Virus record (IMG/VR): IMGVR_UViG_3300032272_000009
Coordinates: 1-64,000 of that record
DNA length: 64,000 bases
Reading direction: 5' to 3' (one strand)
From: a virus
Lineage: Duplodnaviria; Caudoviricetes
The position numbers and the translations under genes are program-made. How positions within the stretch are numbered: position 1 is the first letter of the stretch; each line of letters begins with the position of its first letter. The notes under the pieces were generated by a model. That model searched no databases, was not told the DNA's origin, and was given only the letters and a program-made list of their open reading frames with translations. Shown one piece after another: positions 28,185 through 36,896 of this stretch.

Positions 28185-30991
28185 TGTACCACTTAACCCT
28201 AAAATCGGAATATTCTTTCAAACAGACTTTTAGTTTTCTGCAAGAGTTGCATGATAACTACTCACATAATAACGTCATTGGTATTGCAGATACAACTACA
28301 CTTGGTTTTTATAAACTGTATGAGATGTGTAAAAAATCTGGAAAGAAAGCAATATACGGTTTTAGGGTTTCCGTTGTTCAAGATGCAACTGAAAAGGTTA
28401 AACCTAGAGGTCAGTTTGGTAAAGAATACATAATCATAGCGAAGAATTATCATGGATTACAAGAAATTTTTATGCTGTCTAAGATTCAATCTGAAAACTT
28501 TTACTATCGTGGGAACGTTAGTTGTAGTGATATTGATAGTCTTAGTCAAAATGTCTTTGTTGTTTCAACAGACCCCGTTGCTAACAGGCTTGATTTTATT
28601 GGTGTTAATTATACTACGAGGCCAAAAGTCTTAGCATATGATTACCCAAAATTATATGTCGATAATAATTACTACACAACAAATGAAATGAAAAAGATTT
28701 ATGAGTTGATGCTTGGCGGTTCAGCAGATAACAAAACATTTCCACAGCACATCTTATACCAAGATGAGATTCGTGGTTTTGGACTTGAATGTATTGAAAA
28801 TTTACAAGCTGTCGTTGACCAGTGTGAGGATATTGAGTTTAAGAAAGCTGCAAATATTAGATACAAAGGCAAAGGCAACATTGTAGATTTATGTAAAGAA
28901 GGTGCAACAAGAAAAAACATAGATTTGTCTGATCCAGTTTACAAGGCACGTTTTGAAAGGGAGATTAATCTTTTAGCAGATAAAGATTATGGTGATTATC
29001 TGCTTGTTGTTGCCGACTTGATAAAGAGTGCTAAGAAATTCTGTTTGGTTGGTGGTGGTCGTGGTTCAAGTGCTGGATCACTAGTATGTTATTTGCTTGA
29101 TATTACAGAGGTCGATCCACTTGTTCATGGTTTGATCTTTGAGAGATTTGTTGATATAAACAGATACGATCCACCAGATGTTGACACAGATTTTCCAGAC
29201 AACGCAAGAAAAAAGGTTGTCAAATACCTAGAAAAACTTTATGGGGTAGACAACGTAAAAACAATATCTACCATCTCAAAATACAAACCAAAAATAACTA
29301 TTGGTGAGTTTGCAAAACATATGGAAATCCCAAAGTTTGAAACTGAGGCCGTAAAAGATATAATCATTGAGAGGGCTGGTGGGGATGCTCGGGCATCATT
29401 TTGTTTAGAAGATACTCTAATGGGAACAGATGTTGGCAAAGAGTTTCTCGAAAAACACCCTAACATGATTAACGTCAAATATGCAGAAGGACACAGCAAA
29501 CAGAAAGGCAAACACGCAGCTGGGGTAATTGTATGTAATGACCCAATAGTTGAGTATTGTGGTATTGATTCAAGAGATGAAACCGCAATGCTTGACAAGA
29601 AAGATGCGGAAAAACTGAACCTGTTAAAAATTGATGTTCTAGGTCTTAGAACTTTGTCAGTGTTACAAGATTGTGCCAAAGCAATAAAAATGGATTACAG
29701 AGATTATTATAAGTTACCACTCGATGATGAGAATGCTTATAAGGTATTCCAAGAAAAAAGATTGGGTGGTATATTCCAGTTTGAAGGCGAAGCAATGAAG
29801 TCTATAAATGACTCGGCCCCAATGGAGAAGTTTGAAGATATAGTTGCTGCTGGTGCTTTGGGTAGACCGGGAGCATTATCATCTGGTGGGACATCAAGGT
29901 ACGTCCAGTTAAGGAATGGTACTAGAGAGCCTTTGTACTATTGTCCTGAACATAAGAAACTGACAGAAGAAACTTATGGTATCGTCATATATCAAGAGCA
30001 AATGATGTGGTTGTGTAAAAATATTGCTGGCATGTCTTGGGAGGATGTGTCAGATTTAAGAAAGGCCGCATCAAAATCGCTAGGTGAAGAGTTTTTTGAT
30101 AAGTATAGAATCAAGTTTGTTGAAGGCGCATGTTCACTTTCTGGATACGATGAAGAGACAGCAAATAAAGCTTGGCTGGATATAAGCTCGATGGGTTCTT
30201 ATGCCTTCAACAAGTCTCACAGTGTTGTTTATGGGCAGATAAGCTACTGGACAGCATATATGAAGGCCAATTACCCATTGGAGTTTATTGCGTCAATTCT
30301 AAACAATGCTAAGGATGATGATAGCTCATTAAAAATATTGCGTGAATTCTATGAGTCTGAAGATTTAGTATTTAAAGCCGTTGATCCTTGGAAATCAAAG
30401 ACTGCATGGGAGATTATAGACGGAACTTTGCTTGGCGGCATAACAAATATAAAAGGAATTGGCGCAGCAAAAGCACTAGATATAATAAAAATGAGAGAAG
30501 GCAAGAAACCATTTACACCAGCTATGAAAAGACATATGGAGAATCCAAAAACCCCATTTGATGTACTTTACCCAGCTCAACATCATTGGGGCGAGCTGTA
30601 TAGAGACCCGCAGAAATTCGGTTTGAACAAAGTTGACTATATAAAAGATGTTGAATCGCCTAGGGATTATGCTATAATAGGCAAAATGATACATGTGGAT
30701 GATGTCAATGTTAATGATGTTCAATCAATAGCAAAAAGAGGTGGTGAGGTATTAGACGGCCCAAACATGAAAGTTCATGTAAGGCTAGAAGATGACACTG
30801 GCGTTATGATGTGTATAGTGAATAGATTTGTATATGAAAAACTATCACAAGATTTCCTTAGAGAAAAGGTTGGTGAAACCTGGTTCTGTTTGATAGGTAA
30901 AGTTATGCCTGGCGCTAAGATATTGTTCGTTAAAGAAGTGGCAAATCTGAATAGAGATATTGGTCTTAATGAATCCGAGGAACAAAGATAG
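28184..30991 (+). CDS. dnaE: DNA polymerase III alpha subunit
   Basis: GRGSSAGSL, PPDVDTDF, KIDVLGL and YAFNKSHS; PHP, HhH and OB domains. Confidence 0.95.
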   Translation: MYHLTLKSEYSFKQTFSFLQELHDNYSHNNVIGIADTTTLGFYKLYEMCKKSGKKAIYGFRVSVVQDATEKVKPRGQFGKEYIIIAKNYHGLQEIFMLSKIQSENFYYRGNVSCSDIDSLSQNVFVVSTDPVANRLDFIGVNYTTRPKVLAYDYPKLYVDNNYYTTNEMKKIYELMLGGSADNKTFPQHILYQDEIRGFGLECIENLQAVVDQCEDIEFKKAANIRYKGKGNIVDLCKEGATRKNIDLSDPVYKARFEREINLLADKDYGDYLLVVADLIKSAKKFCLVGGGRGSSAGSLVCYLLDITEVDPLVHGLIFERFVDINRYDPPDVDTDFPDNARKKVVKYLEKLYGVDNVKTISTISKYKPKITIGEFAKHMEIPKFETEAVKDIIIERAGGDARASFCLEDTLMGTDVGKEFLEKHPNMINVKYAEGHSKQKGKHAAGVIVCNDPIVEYCGIDSRDETAMLDKKDAEKLNLLKIDVLGLRTLSVLQDCAKAIKMDYRDYYKLPLDDENAYKVFQEKRLGGIFQFEGEAMKSINDSAPMEKFEDIVAAGALGRPGALSSGGTSRYVQLRNGTREPLYYCPEHKKLTEETYGIVIYQEQMMWLCKNIAGMSWEDVSDLRKAASKSLGEEFFDKYRIKFVEGACSLSGYDEETANKAWLDISSMGSYAFNKSHSVVYGQISYWTAYMKANYPLEFIASILNNAKDDDSSLKILREFYESEDLVFKAVDPWKSKTAWEIIDGTLLGGITNIKGIGAAKALDIIKMREGKKPFTPAMKRHMENPKTPFDVLYPAQHHWGELYRDPQKFGLNKVDYIKDVESPRDYAIIGKMIHVDDVNVNDVQSIAKRGGEVLDGPNMKVHVRLEDDTGVMMCIVNRFVYEKLSQDFLREKVGETWFCLIGKVMPGAKILFVKEVANLNRDIGLNESEEQR

Positions 30992-31416
30992 TGAATTTCA
31001 TAGTATTTAGTGGCATCTCAGAATCATTTAACAAGGCTATAATAAGTGCTTGTTTAGAAAAAACAAACTATAGAGATTATTTTGTAAATAGAGACCCGAG
31101 CAACTGTATGGCTCTAAATTTTATACAAGATAAAATCGATACTATTGAGCAAATGGACGAATATATTGGTTTTTTAAATTATTTCAAAGAAGGTGTAGAT
31201 TTAGCTGTATTGATAACATGTGATAATGAAGCATTAGAAAAAAGATTCGCAGATTATAACAAAATTTTTACCAGTAATGAATCATTTTTAGAACGACAAG
31301 AGGTGATAAAACAGTATTTTGATAAAGCGAAATATCAAAACTGTATAGAAATAAATGCTACGGACAAAACTGTAGATCAATGTGTCAAGTTAATAATAAA
31401 CAAACTAGAGGAATAA
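30991..31416 (+). CDS. nucleotide-kinase-like protein with degenerate P-loop
   Basis: Beta1 FIVFSG and DLAVLITCDNEALEKRF resemble the dTMP kinase fold; no GK(S/T). Confidence 0.45.
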   Translation: MNFIVFSGISESFNKAIISACLEKTNYRDYFVNRDPSNCMALNFIQDKIDTIEQMDEYIGFLNYFKEGVDLAVLITCDNEALEKRFADYNKIFTSNESFLERQEVIKQYFDKAKYQNCIEINATDKTVDQCVKLIINKLEE

Positions 31417-31422
31417 TAAGTT

Positions 31423-32325
31423 ATGCCAGTCAATAATGAATTAGAAGAGCGCCCACTTTTGGTAAATCTGAAGATAGGTGAAAAACCTAAAACACGGTTC
31501 TTGCATGGTCTTGATGCAGTAAATGTTCGAATGATTGATTGCCCTACCACAGAAGACTTGATGAAGTATATCCCAGAATTTGCGTCTGGTACTTGGGAAG
31601 ACAAATCAAAAACAGATTTTACTGATGCTGAGCGTGCTCAAGTAGTAGATGATCTGTTTGCAGGTTATATCCTGCCTACAGCTCTTGAAACCATCAAGAT
31701 GACATTTATCATCGAAGGTATTGATTTGGTTGATGTATGCCATCTTATCCGCCATAGAACTTTGTCATTCTCTGCTCAAGGTACTGGTGACCGTGACATG
31801 CGAAATGATGATATTTTGGTCAAGCCTTCAATTCTTGGTAATAAAAAGTATGCTGACAGATTTGAGAAACTGATGCTTGACGCAAAAGACCTGTATGCTG
31901 ATGTAACAGATGATCCAGATATGCCTATTCTTGATGCTCGCACATTCATGCCACGCTGTACATCAAACTACTACTATGTGTCTGGCGATCTTAAAGCAAT
32001 CATGGCTTTTGTTGGTCAGCGCAAGGATGAGTCTATTGAGCCAGAAACAATGAACATCTTTGCTCTCAAATTGTGGATTGAAGTTGTTAAGCGTTTTCCA
32101 CAACTAAAAGGAAAAATTGACCTGTTATCACCAGATCATTTTGCAATTGAAACGTCTATAGGTGGTAGAAGTAGCAATTTCTACAAACCTGAACCAAAGA
32201 ACGATATTTATGAGTATCGTCTTGACTGGTTCATGAGAGACAAAATGCGCCAAGAAATGACTGGTGGGCAAGATTACATCATCATGCGTGACAAACTGAT
32301 TGATCAATTTAATGAAATAGTTTAA
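31423..32325 (+). CDS. ThyX-fold flavoprotein with diverged active site
   Basis: HLIRHRTLSFSAQGTGDR and LDARTFMP versus canonical QLVRHRxxSxxxxSxRY. Confidence 0.8.
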   Translation: MPVNNELEERPLLVNLKIGEKPKTRFLHGLDAVNVRMIDCPTTEDLMKYIPEFASGTWEDKSKTDFTDAERAQVVDDLFAGYILPTALETIKMTFIIEGIDLVDVCHLIRHRTLSFSAQGTGDRDMRNDDILVKPSILGNKKYADRFEKLMLDAKDLYADVTDDPDMPILDARTFMPRCTSNYYYVSGDLKAIMAFVGQRKDESIEPETMNIFALKLWIEVVKRFPQLKGKIDLLSPDHFAIETSIGGRSSNFYKPEPKNDIYEYRLDWFMRDKMRQEMTGGQDYIIMRDKLIDQFNEIV

Positions 32326-32331
32326 GAGGTA

Positions 32332-32625
32332 GTGATGGCTAAGAAAAAGATAATTCTGGTTGAGGGCGACAAACATTTTGGTTTGATTGAAAACTATATC
32401 AATGCAGATGAAAATGATCTACCAACGCCAGAGCATGTCTTACAAGATGAGTTTAACAGGATGATGGATAAAATAAAATCATTGGTTAATGTAAGCTCAA
32501 TAATCGAAAATAAAGAAGTGAAGCTTGTATTGGAAGAAAAGATTGCGGCATATAAGGATGCTTCTCAATCTTTGCTTTATGTAGTTGAGAAAATAAATCA
32601 ATTCAAAATGGAGATAAAACAGTGA
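32332..32625 (+). CDS. hypothetical protein
   Basis: GAGG RBS; coupled. Confidence 0.55.
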   Translation: MMAKKKIILVEGDKHFGLIENYINADENDLPTPEHVLQDEFNRMMDKIKSLVNVSSIIENKEVKLVLEEKIAAYKDASQSLLYVVEKINQFKMEIKQ

Positions 32626-33200
32626 GCAATATTCAACACCCTGAAATGGTAAAAGGTTTGGCAAAAAGTGGCGCACAGATAATCAATGATTTTACGCCAG
32701 ATACAGCCCATATACTGCACATGGCAATTGGGATAGCTGGAGAATCTGGTGAGTTAGCTTCTGTCATTCACTCGAAATTTGAGTTTGAGGCAATTGACAA
32801 AAAGAACGTCGTGGAAGAGCTTGGTGATCTTGAGTTTTATCTTGAGGGGTTTCGACAGGGGTTAGGCATTAGTCGCTTGGAAACAATTGTGGATGATACA
32901 TCATATGACATGGATCGTGGGATTATGTCAAGTGCAAAAAATGGTGCCATGTTCTTAAATATTGCGTCATCAATCTTGCTTGACCAGATAAAGAAAGTTG
33001 CATTCTATGTCAAGCCAGTAAATACTGACAACGTGGTAAAATCTCTTATCAAGATTGAAGGTCATATGTATATCTTGAGAAAGTGTTTTTATATTACGTA
33101 TGAGCAGACTCTCGAACACAACATAGCCAAGCTTGGTGATCGCTATCAAGGCCATCAATATTCTGATGAACAGGCAATAGCTAGAGCTGATAAAAACTAG
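32622..33200 (+). CDS. MazG-like NTP pyrophosphohydrolase with internal duplication
   Basis: GIAGESGEL...EELGDLEFY; second half LLDQIKK...HNIAKLGDRY. Confidence 0.8.
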   Translation: MSNIQHPEMVKGLAKSGAQIINDFTPDTAHILHMAIGIAGESGELASVIHSKFEFEAIDKKNVVEELGDLEFYLEGFRQGLGISRLETIVDDTSYDMDRGIMSSAKNGAMFLNIASSILLDQIKKVAFYVKPVNTDNVVKSLIKIEGHMYILRKCFYITYEQTLEHNIAKLGDRYQGHQYSDEQAIARADKN

Positions 33201-33445
33201 TGCAACAAACCAGAGTTGAATCTGCAATAGAAAGAGCTTGTGATATTATCACAGGCTTTTTTCTTTCGTGGTGTTTGTATGAATTTTATATAAGAAACCA
33301 TCCTGAGTTTTCAAGTTTGTATATAGTATCTTGTTTTACCGCAGTATCATTGATAAGAGGCTATTACTGGCGCAGATTCTTCAATAGAGGTTTGCATAAA
33401 ATTGTACATAAATACGCAAACAAAATCTTTAAGAGGTTAAAATGA
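33200..33445 (+). CDS. small membrane protein (DUF7220-like)
   Basis: QTRVESAIE...[17 protein letters not shown]. Confidence 0.65.
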   Translation: MQQTRVESAIERACDIITGFFLSWCLYEFYIRNHPEFSSLYIVSCFTAVSLIRGYYWRRFFNRGLHKIVHKYANKIFKRLK

Positions 33446-34293
33446 AAGAATATTTGAAGTTATGTAACAGAGTGATCAACGAAGGTCACTGGGTTACTAA
33501 CAAAAGAACTGGTAAGCGTTGTCTTACTGTTATAAATGCAGACTTAGAGTATTATGTAGGCGATGGTACTCTTCCAGTTTTGACTACTAAAAAACTGTTC
33601 TGGAAACCTGCAATTGCAGAGATGCTTGGATACTTGCGAGGTTATACAAGTGCTGCTCAGTTCAGAAGGCTTGGATGTAATACATGGAATGCAAATGCTA
33701 ATGAAAATTCTGCTTGGCTTGCAAACAGGTTTAGAACTGGTGTAGATGACATGGGCAGATGTTACGGTGCTCAAGGTAGAGACTGGAGAAACCCAGAAAA
33801 TGAATCTATCGACCAGTTAAGAAATATTTACAATGACCTTCGAAATGGGATTGATAATAGAAGTGAGATTCTTACTTTTATGAATCCCGGAGAGAGAGAC
33901 AGGGCTTGTTTAAATTCCTGTATGCACACACACACCTTTAGTTTGCTGGATGGTGGCTTGTATTTGACATCATACCAGAGGTCTGATGACCTGCCACTAG
34001 GACATGGCTTTAATCAGGTGCAGGTGGCTTGGTTGTTGATGATAATGGCACAGATAACAGGCTTAAGAGCTGAGACAGCCTATCATAAAATAGTCAATGC
34101 TCATATTTATGAAGACCAGTTGCAACAGTTGCAGGATGTTCAATTGGTGCGGGAGCCTCTAAACCTTCCAACTTTGCGAATAAATCCTGAGATTAAAACA
34201 CTGGAAGACTTAGAGACTTGGGTTACTCTGGATGATTTTGAACTTTTAGATTATGAACATCATCCTGCGATAAAATATGAATTTAGTGTTTAG
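33442..34293 (+). CDS. thyA: thymidylate synthase
   Basis: SCMHTH (catalytic Cys), [13 protein letters not shown] (dUMP-specifying Asn) and NAHIY. Confidence 0.93.
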   Translation: MKEYLKLCNRVINEGHWVTNKRTGKRCLTVINADLEYYVGDGTLPVLTTKKLFWKPAIAEMLGYLRGYTSAAQFRRLGCNTWNANANENSAWLANRFRTGVDDMGRCYGAQGRDWRNPENESIDQLRNIYNDLRNGIDNRSEILTFMNPGERDRACLNSCMHTHTFSLLDGGLYLTSYQRSDDLPLGHGFNQVQVAWLLMIMAQITGLRAETAYHKIVNAHIYEDQLQQLQDVQLVREPLNLPTLRINPEIKTLEDLETWVTLDDFELLDYEHHPAIKYEFSV

Positions 34294-34664
34294 TAAGTCC
34301 ATATCAAAGGTCTAGGTCTTTTACCGGGGATTGCCTCTGCGTCATCAAGATGTAGCTGGTAAGCCCCATTTTTATTCTTGATTCCAATACCAGTAAAACC
34401 AACACTAATTGCTACACTTACTGCTTTAAACAACAAGTCTTTAGGTAGATTTGGATCAATTGCTCTACCCTCTACATGAGCGCCTGTTTTGCTTTTGTTA
34501 TAGCTCTCACATCTATACCCACCACCTTTTACTGGACTAAAAGGAATGCCCATTACTTCTCTGAAAGTTTGCAGGCGTTGCATAAACTTAGCATTCATTT
34601 TTGTCTCGCCACAGCAAGGGCAAACAAATTCATTAGTGTTAAAGTTTTTAGTTAATTGAGCCAC
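34290..34664 (-). CDS. peptidase M15-family endolysin
   Basis: FVCPCCG, GYRC, H..GRAID and HLD. Confidence 0.85.
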   Translation of the reverse strand: MAQLTKNFNTNEFVCPCCGETKMNAKFMQRLQTFREVMGIPFSPVKGGGYRCESYNKSKTGAHVEGRAIDPNLPKDLLFKAVSVAISVGFTGIGIKNKNGAYQLHLDDAEAIPGKRPRPLIWTY

Positions 34665-34685
34665 ATTATTCTCCAGTGTAATGAA

Positions 34686-34853
34686 TTAGTTTTTAGAATC
34701 ACGAATACCCATTAAGCTTAGTCCATTTCCTACTGCTGCTACTGAAAGGGTATATTCACCTTTTAGCGCCAAAAACAAACCAAGAATTACAACAATGGCG
34801 CCACCAATCATACCTTTACTTTTCGATGCTTCTTTAACTGTCATATTCAACAT
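34686..34853 (-). CDS. small two-TM holin-like protein
   Basis: Hand-translated 55 aa MLNMTVKEASKSKGMIGGAIVVILGLFLAL...GLSLMGIRDSKN, next to the endolysin. Confidence 0.5.
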   Translation of the reverse strand: MLNMTVKEASKSKGMIGGAIVVILGLFLALKGEYTLSVAAVGNGLSLMGIRDSKN

Positions 34854-34875
34854 GCAATTATCCTTTTAATTTATA

Positions 34876-35217
34876 TCAACTTTTGTTTAAAAGCAATTTG
34901 TACAGCTCGTCAATCCGTTCATGAACTTTGTCTACAGATTCTAGCAATTTTTTCTCTTCTCTTTTTCTATCGGCCAAAAGCAACTTTTGACTATTGTACA
35001 TCTTAGCCTCACACCGTTTCATATCTTCAATAATAATACCGAATCTTAATTCTATTTCCTGTTCCGGCATGTGCGAATCTACAACAGTGTCCCATTTTTT
35101 CAGAATGCGGCGCCCAAAAAAAGCAAGCAATGCTATCAAACCAACTGTCACCCATAACCAAATATTGACGATTAAATCTGGAAATGTACCTGCAATTACC
35201 GGAATACTTTTTGACAT
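34876..35217 (-). CDS. single-TM coiled-coil lysis-associated protein
   Basis: N-terminal TM helix plus VDKVHERIDELY coiled coil. Confidence 0.55.
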   Translation of the reverse strand: MSKSIPVIAGTFPDLIVNIWLWVTVGLIALLAFFGRRILKKWDTVVDSHMPEQEIELRFGIIIEDMKRCEAKMYNSQKLLLADRKREEKKLLESVDKVHERIDELYKLLLNKS

Positions 35218-35287
35218 GACAACCCTAAATAAAACATAACAATGATGATTGTATCAAAAAGATACGCATAAGTCAAGACGATACATA

Positions 35288-36367
35288 TTACGCAACTAAT
35301 CCTAATCTGTCACCAGTTACGTTCCAAGTTACATTTGCATTTCCAACGATATAGTTTCCTGAGATTCCACCTGTTGTTCCGGAGGTTGGGCCAGATACTG
35401 TTTCTTGATAAAGCGGATCTACACTACCACCTGTATCACCATTTGCGCCTGAAGCTCCCCATCCTCCACCATTACCACCATCACCACCTTTTACGCCATT
35501 TGTTGGAGTGCTTCCTGTTGAACCTGAAGAAGACGCTTGGTTTGACCCTAGACCTACACCTCCAATTCCACCTATCCCACCAGATATAGAAAGAGTAAAC
35601 CTTCTCCTTATATAATAATAATAGTTCATAGACCCCGGCCAGAAACCCTCTTCTGAATAGCTAAATGCTCCCCTAAAATACGTATAACCATCATCGTCAA
35701 CTGAGGAAGGGTTTCCTGCATCGCTAAATACATTCATTAAATAGTAAACAGAATAAACGTTTAGAGTATCAATCCACCACCAAGTACCAACCGTACCAGC
35801 CGGATCCTTCCACGTTGTATCTTCTGGAAAATAATAGCAGGATTCACCGATGCCACCATCTCCACCTCCACCACCGCCACCATATATTCGACTATTATTT
35901 GTTACAGTCAGTATGACCTGAGCCTGAAGCGCATCTCCACCAGCTCCACCAATTGCCCCACCAGCACCATAGATATACCCATTAATGATTAATTCAAGAG
36001 TTCCACCCATTGGTTGAGCGCCAACAGTTGTTCCTGTTCTGCATGATACAACACCTGATGACGTTGAACCAATGGTTACACCTGCATTTATGGTTACACT
36101 TTTCGGTGCAGAAGACACCCATTCTGCCTCAGTGAAATAATCTGACAATACAATATTATTTGCAGACGCCGTTATTAATTTTGCGTATATTAATTGTGTG
36201 CTATAAAATGCGTCCATTGACATTTCACCTGACGCCGGAACACCTGTGTTGTTCTCAGTTACAAGTCCTGCACCACGATAATATTCATCAAGTGCATCAG
36301 GATCGGAACCACCGAATTCTGTGACTATCTCTTCAATAGATAATGATCCTGACGCTTTTACAGTCAT
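35288..36367 (-). CDS. glycine-rich tail fibre/adhesin
   Basis: N-terminal SGSLSIEEIVTEFGG...YYRG motif; Gly-rich segments flank an aromatic insert. Confidence 0.75.
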   Translation of the reverse strand: MTVKASGSLSIEEIVTEFGGSDPDALDEYYRGAGLVTENNTGVPASGEMSMDAFYSTQLIYAKLITASANNIVLSDYFTEAEWVSSAPKSVTINAGVTIGSTSSGVVSCRTGTTVGAQPMGGTLELIINGYIYGAGGAIGGAGGDALQAQVILTVTNNSRIYGGGGGGGDGGIGESCYYFPEDTTWKDPAGTVGTWWWIDTLNVYSVYYLMNVFSDAGNPSSVDDDGYTYFRGAFSYSEEGFWPGSMNYYYYIRRRFTLSISGGIGGIGGVGLGSNQASSSGSTGSTPTNGVKGGDGGNGGGWGASGANGDTGGSVDPLYQETVSGPTSGTTGGISGNYIVGNANVTWNVTGDRLGLVA

Positions 36368-36885
36368 TACACTGTACCTTTTTGTGTGATCGTTCCTGTA
36401 ACTGTAAGATTACCAGAGCTATCAACTTTAAACACTGGCACACCATTAACCCAGATTCGCAATGGTCTAACACCAGATGATGCCAAATATGCCTCATCAG
36501 TATCGACGCCTAGATCAACTGTTCCAGCATTGCCCTCTACTCTCACGTGACAATCGTTTGTCCCTGTATTTACTATCTTCAGACCATTAGCATTTGTGCT
36601 AGATAGTGCATATTTATATGTTGCATCAACGATACTCCGCACTAATTGATCCCAAACAACGCCATTACTTGCTTCAAACTCATTGCGATCTGTATTAAAC
36701 CTCAGAAAACCGCCTGTTGTGGCTGCTGGACGTAATGCTGTTGTTCCTTTTGACAGCGTTAAAAATCCATCAGTTATACCAATGGTGTTTGTTAGAAAGT
36801 CAATCATGTTATCAAAGGATGTTTTATAACCACCTTCGGTAACAGCTGCACCTGTAAATAATGATTTATCCGGTAAATTTGGCAT
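36367..36885 (-). CDS. tail fibre/connector protein
   Basis: TTALRP...LRFNTD..EFE motif; position after the tail tip gene. Confidence 0.65.
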   Translation of the reverse strand: MPNLPDKSLFTGAAVTEGGYKTSFDNMIDFLTNTIGITDGFLTLSKGTTALRPAATTGGFLRFNTDRNEFEASNGVVWDQLVRSIVDATYKYALSSTNANGLKIVNTGTNDCHVRVEGNAGTVDLGVDTDEAYLASSGVRPLRIWVNGVPVFKVDSSGNLTVTGTITQKGTV

Positions 36886-36896
36886 TGTTATTCCTC

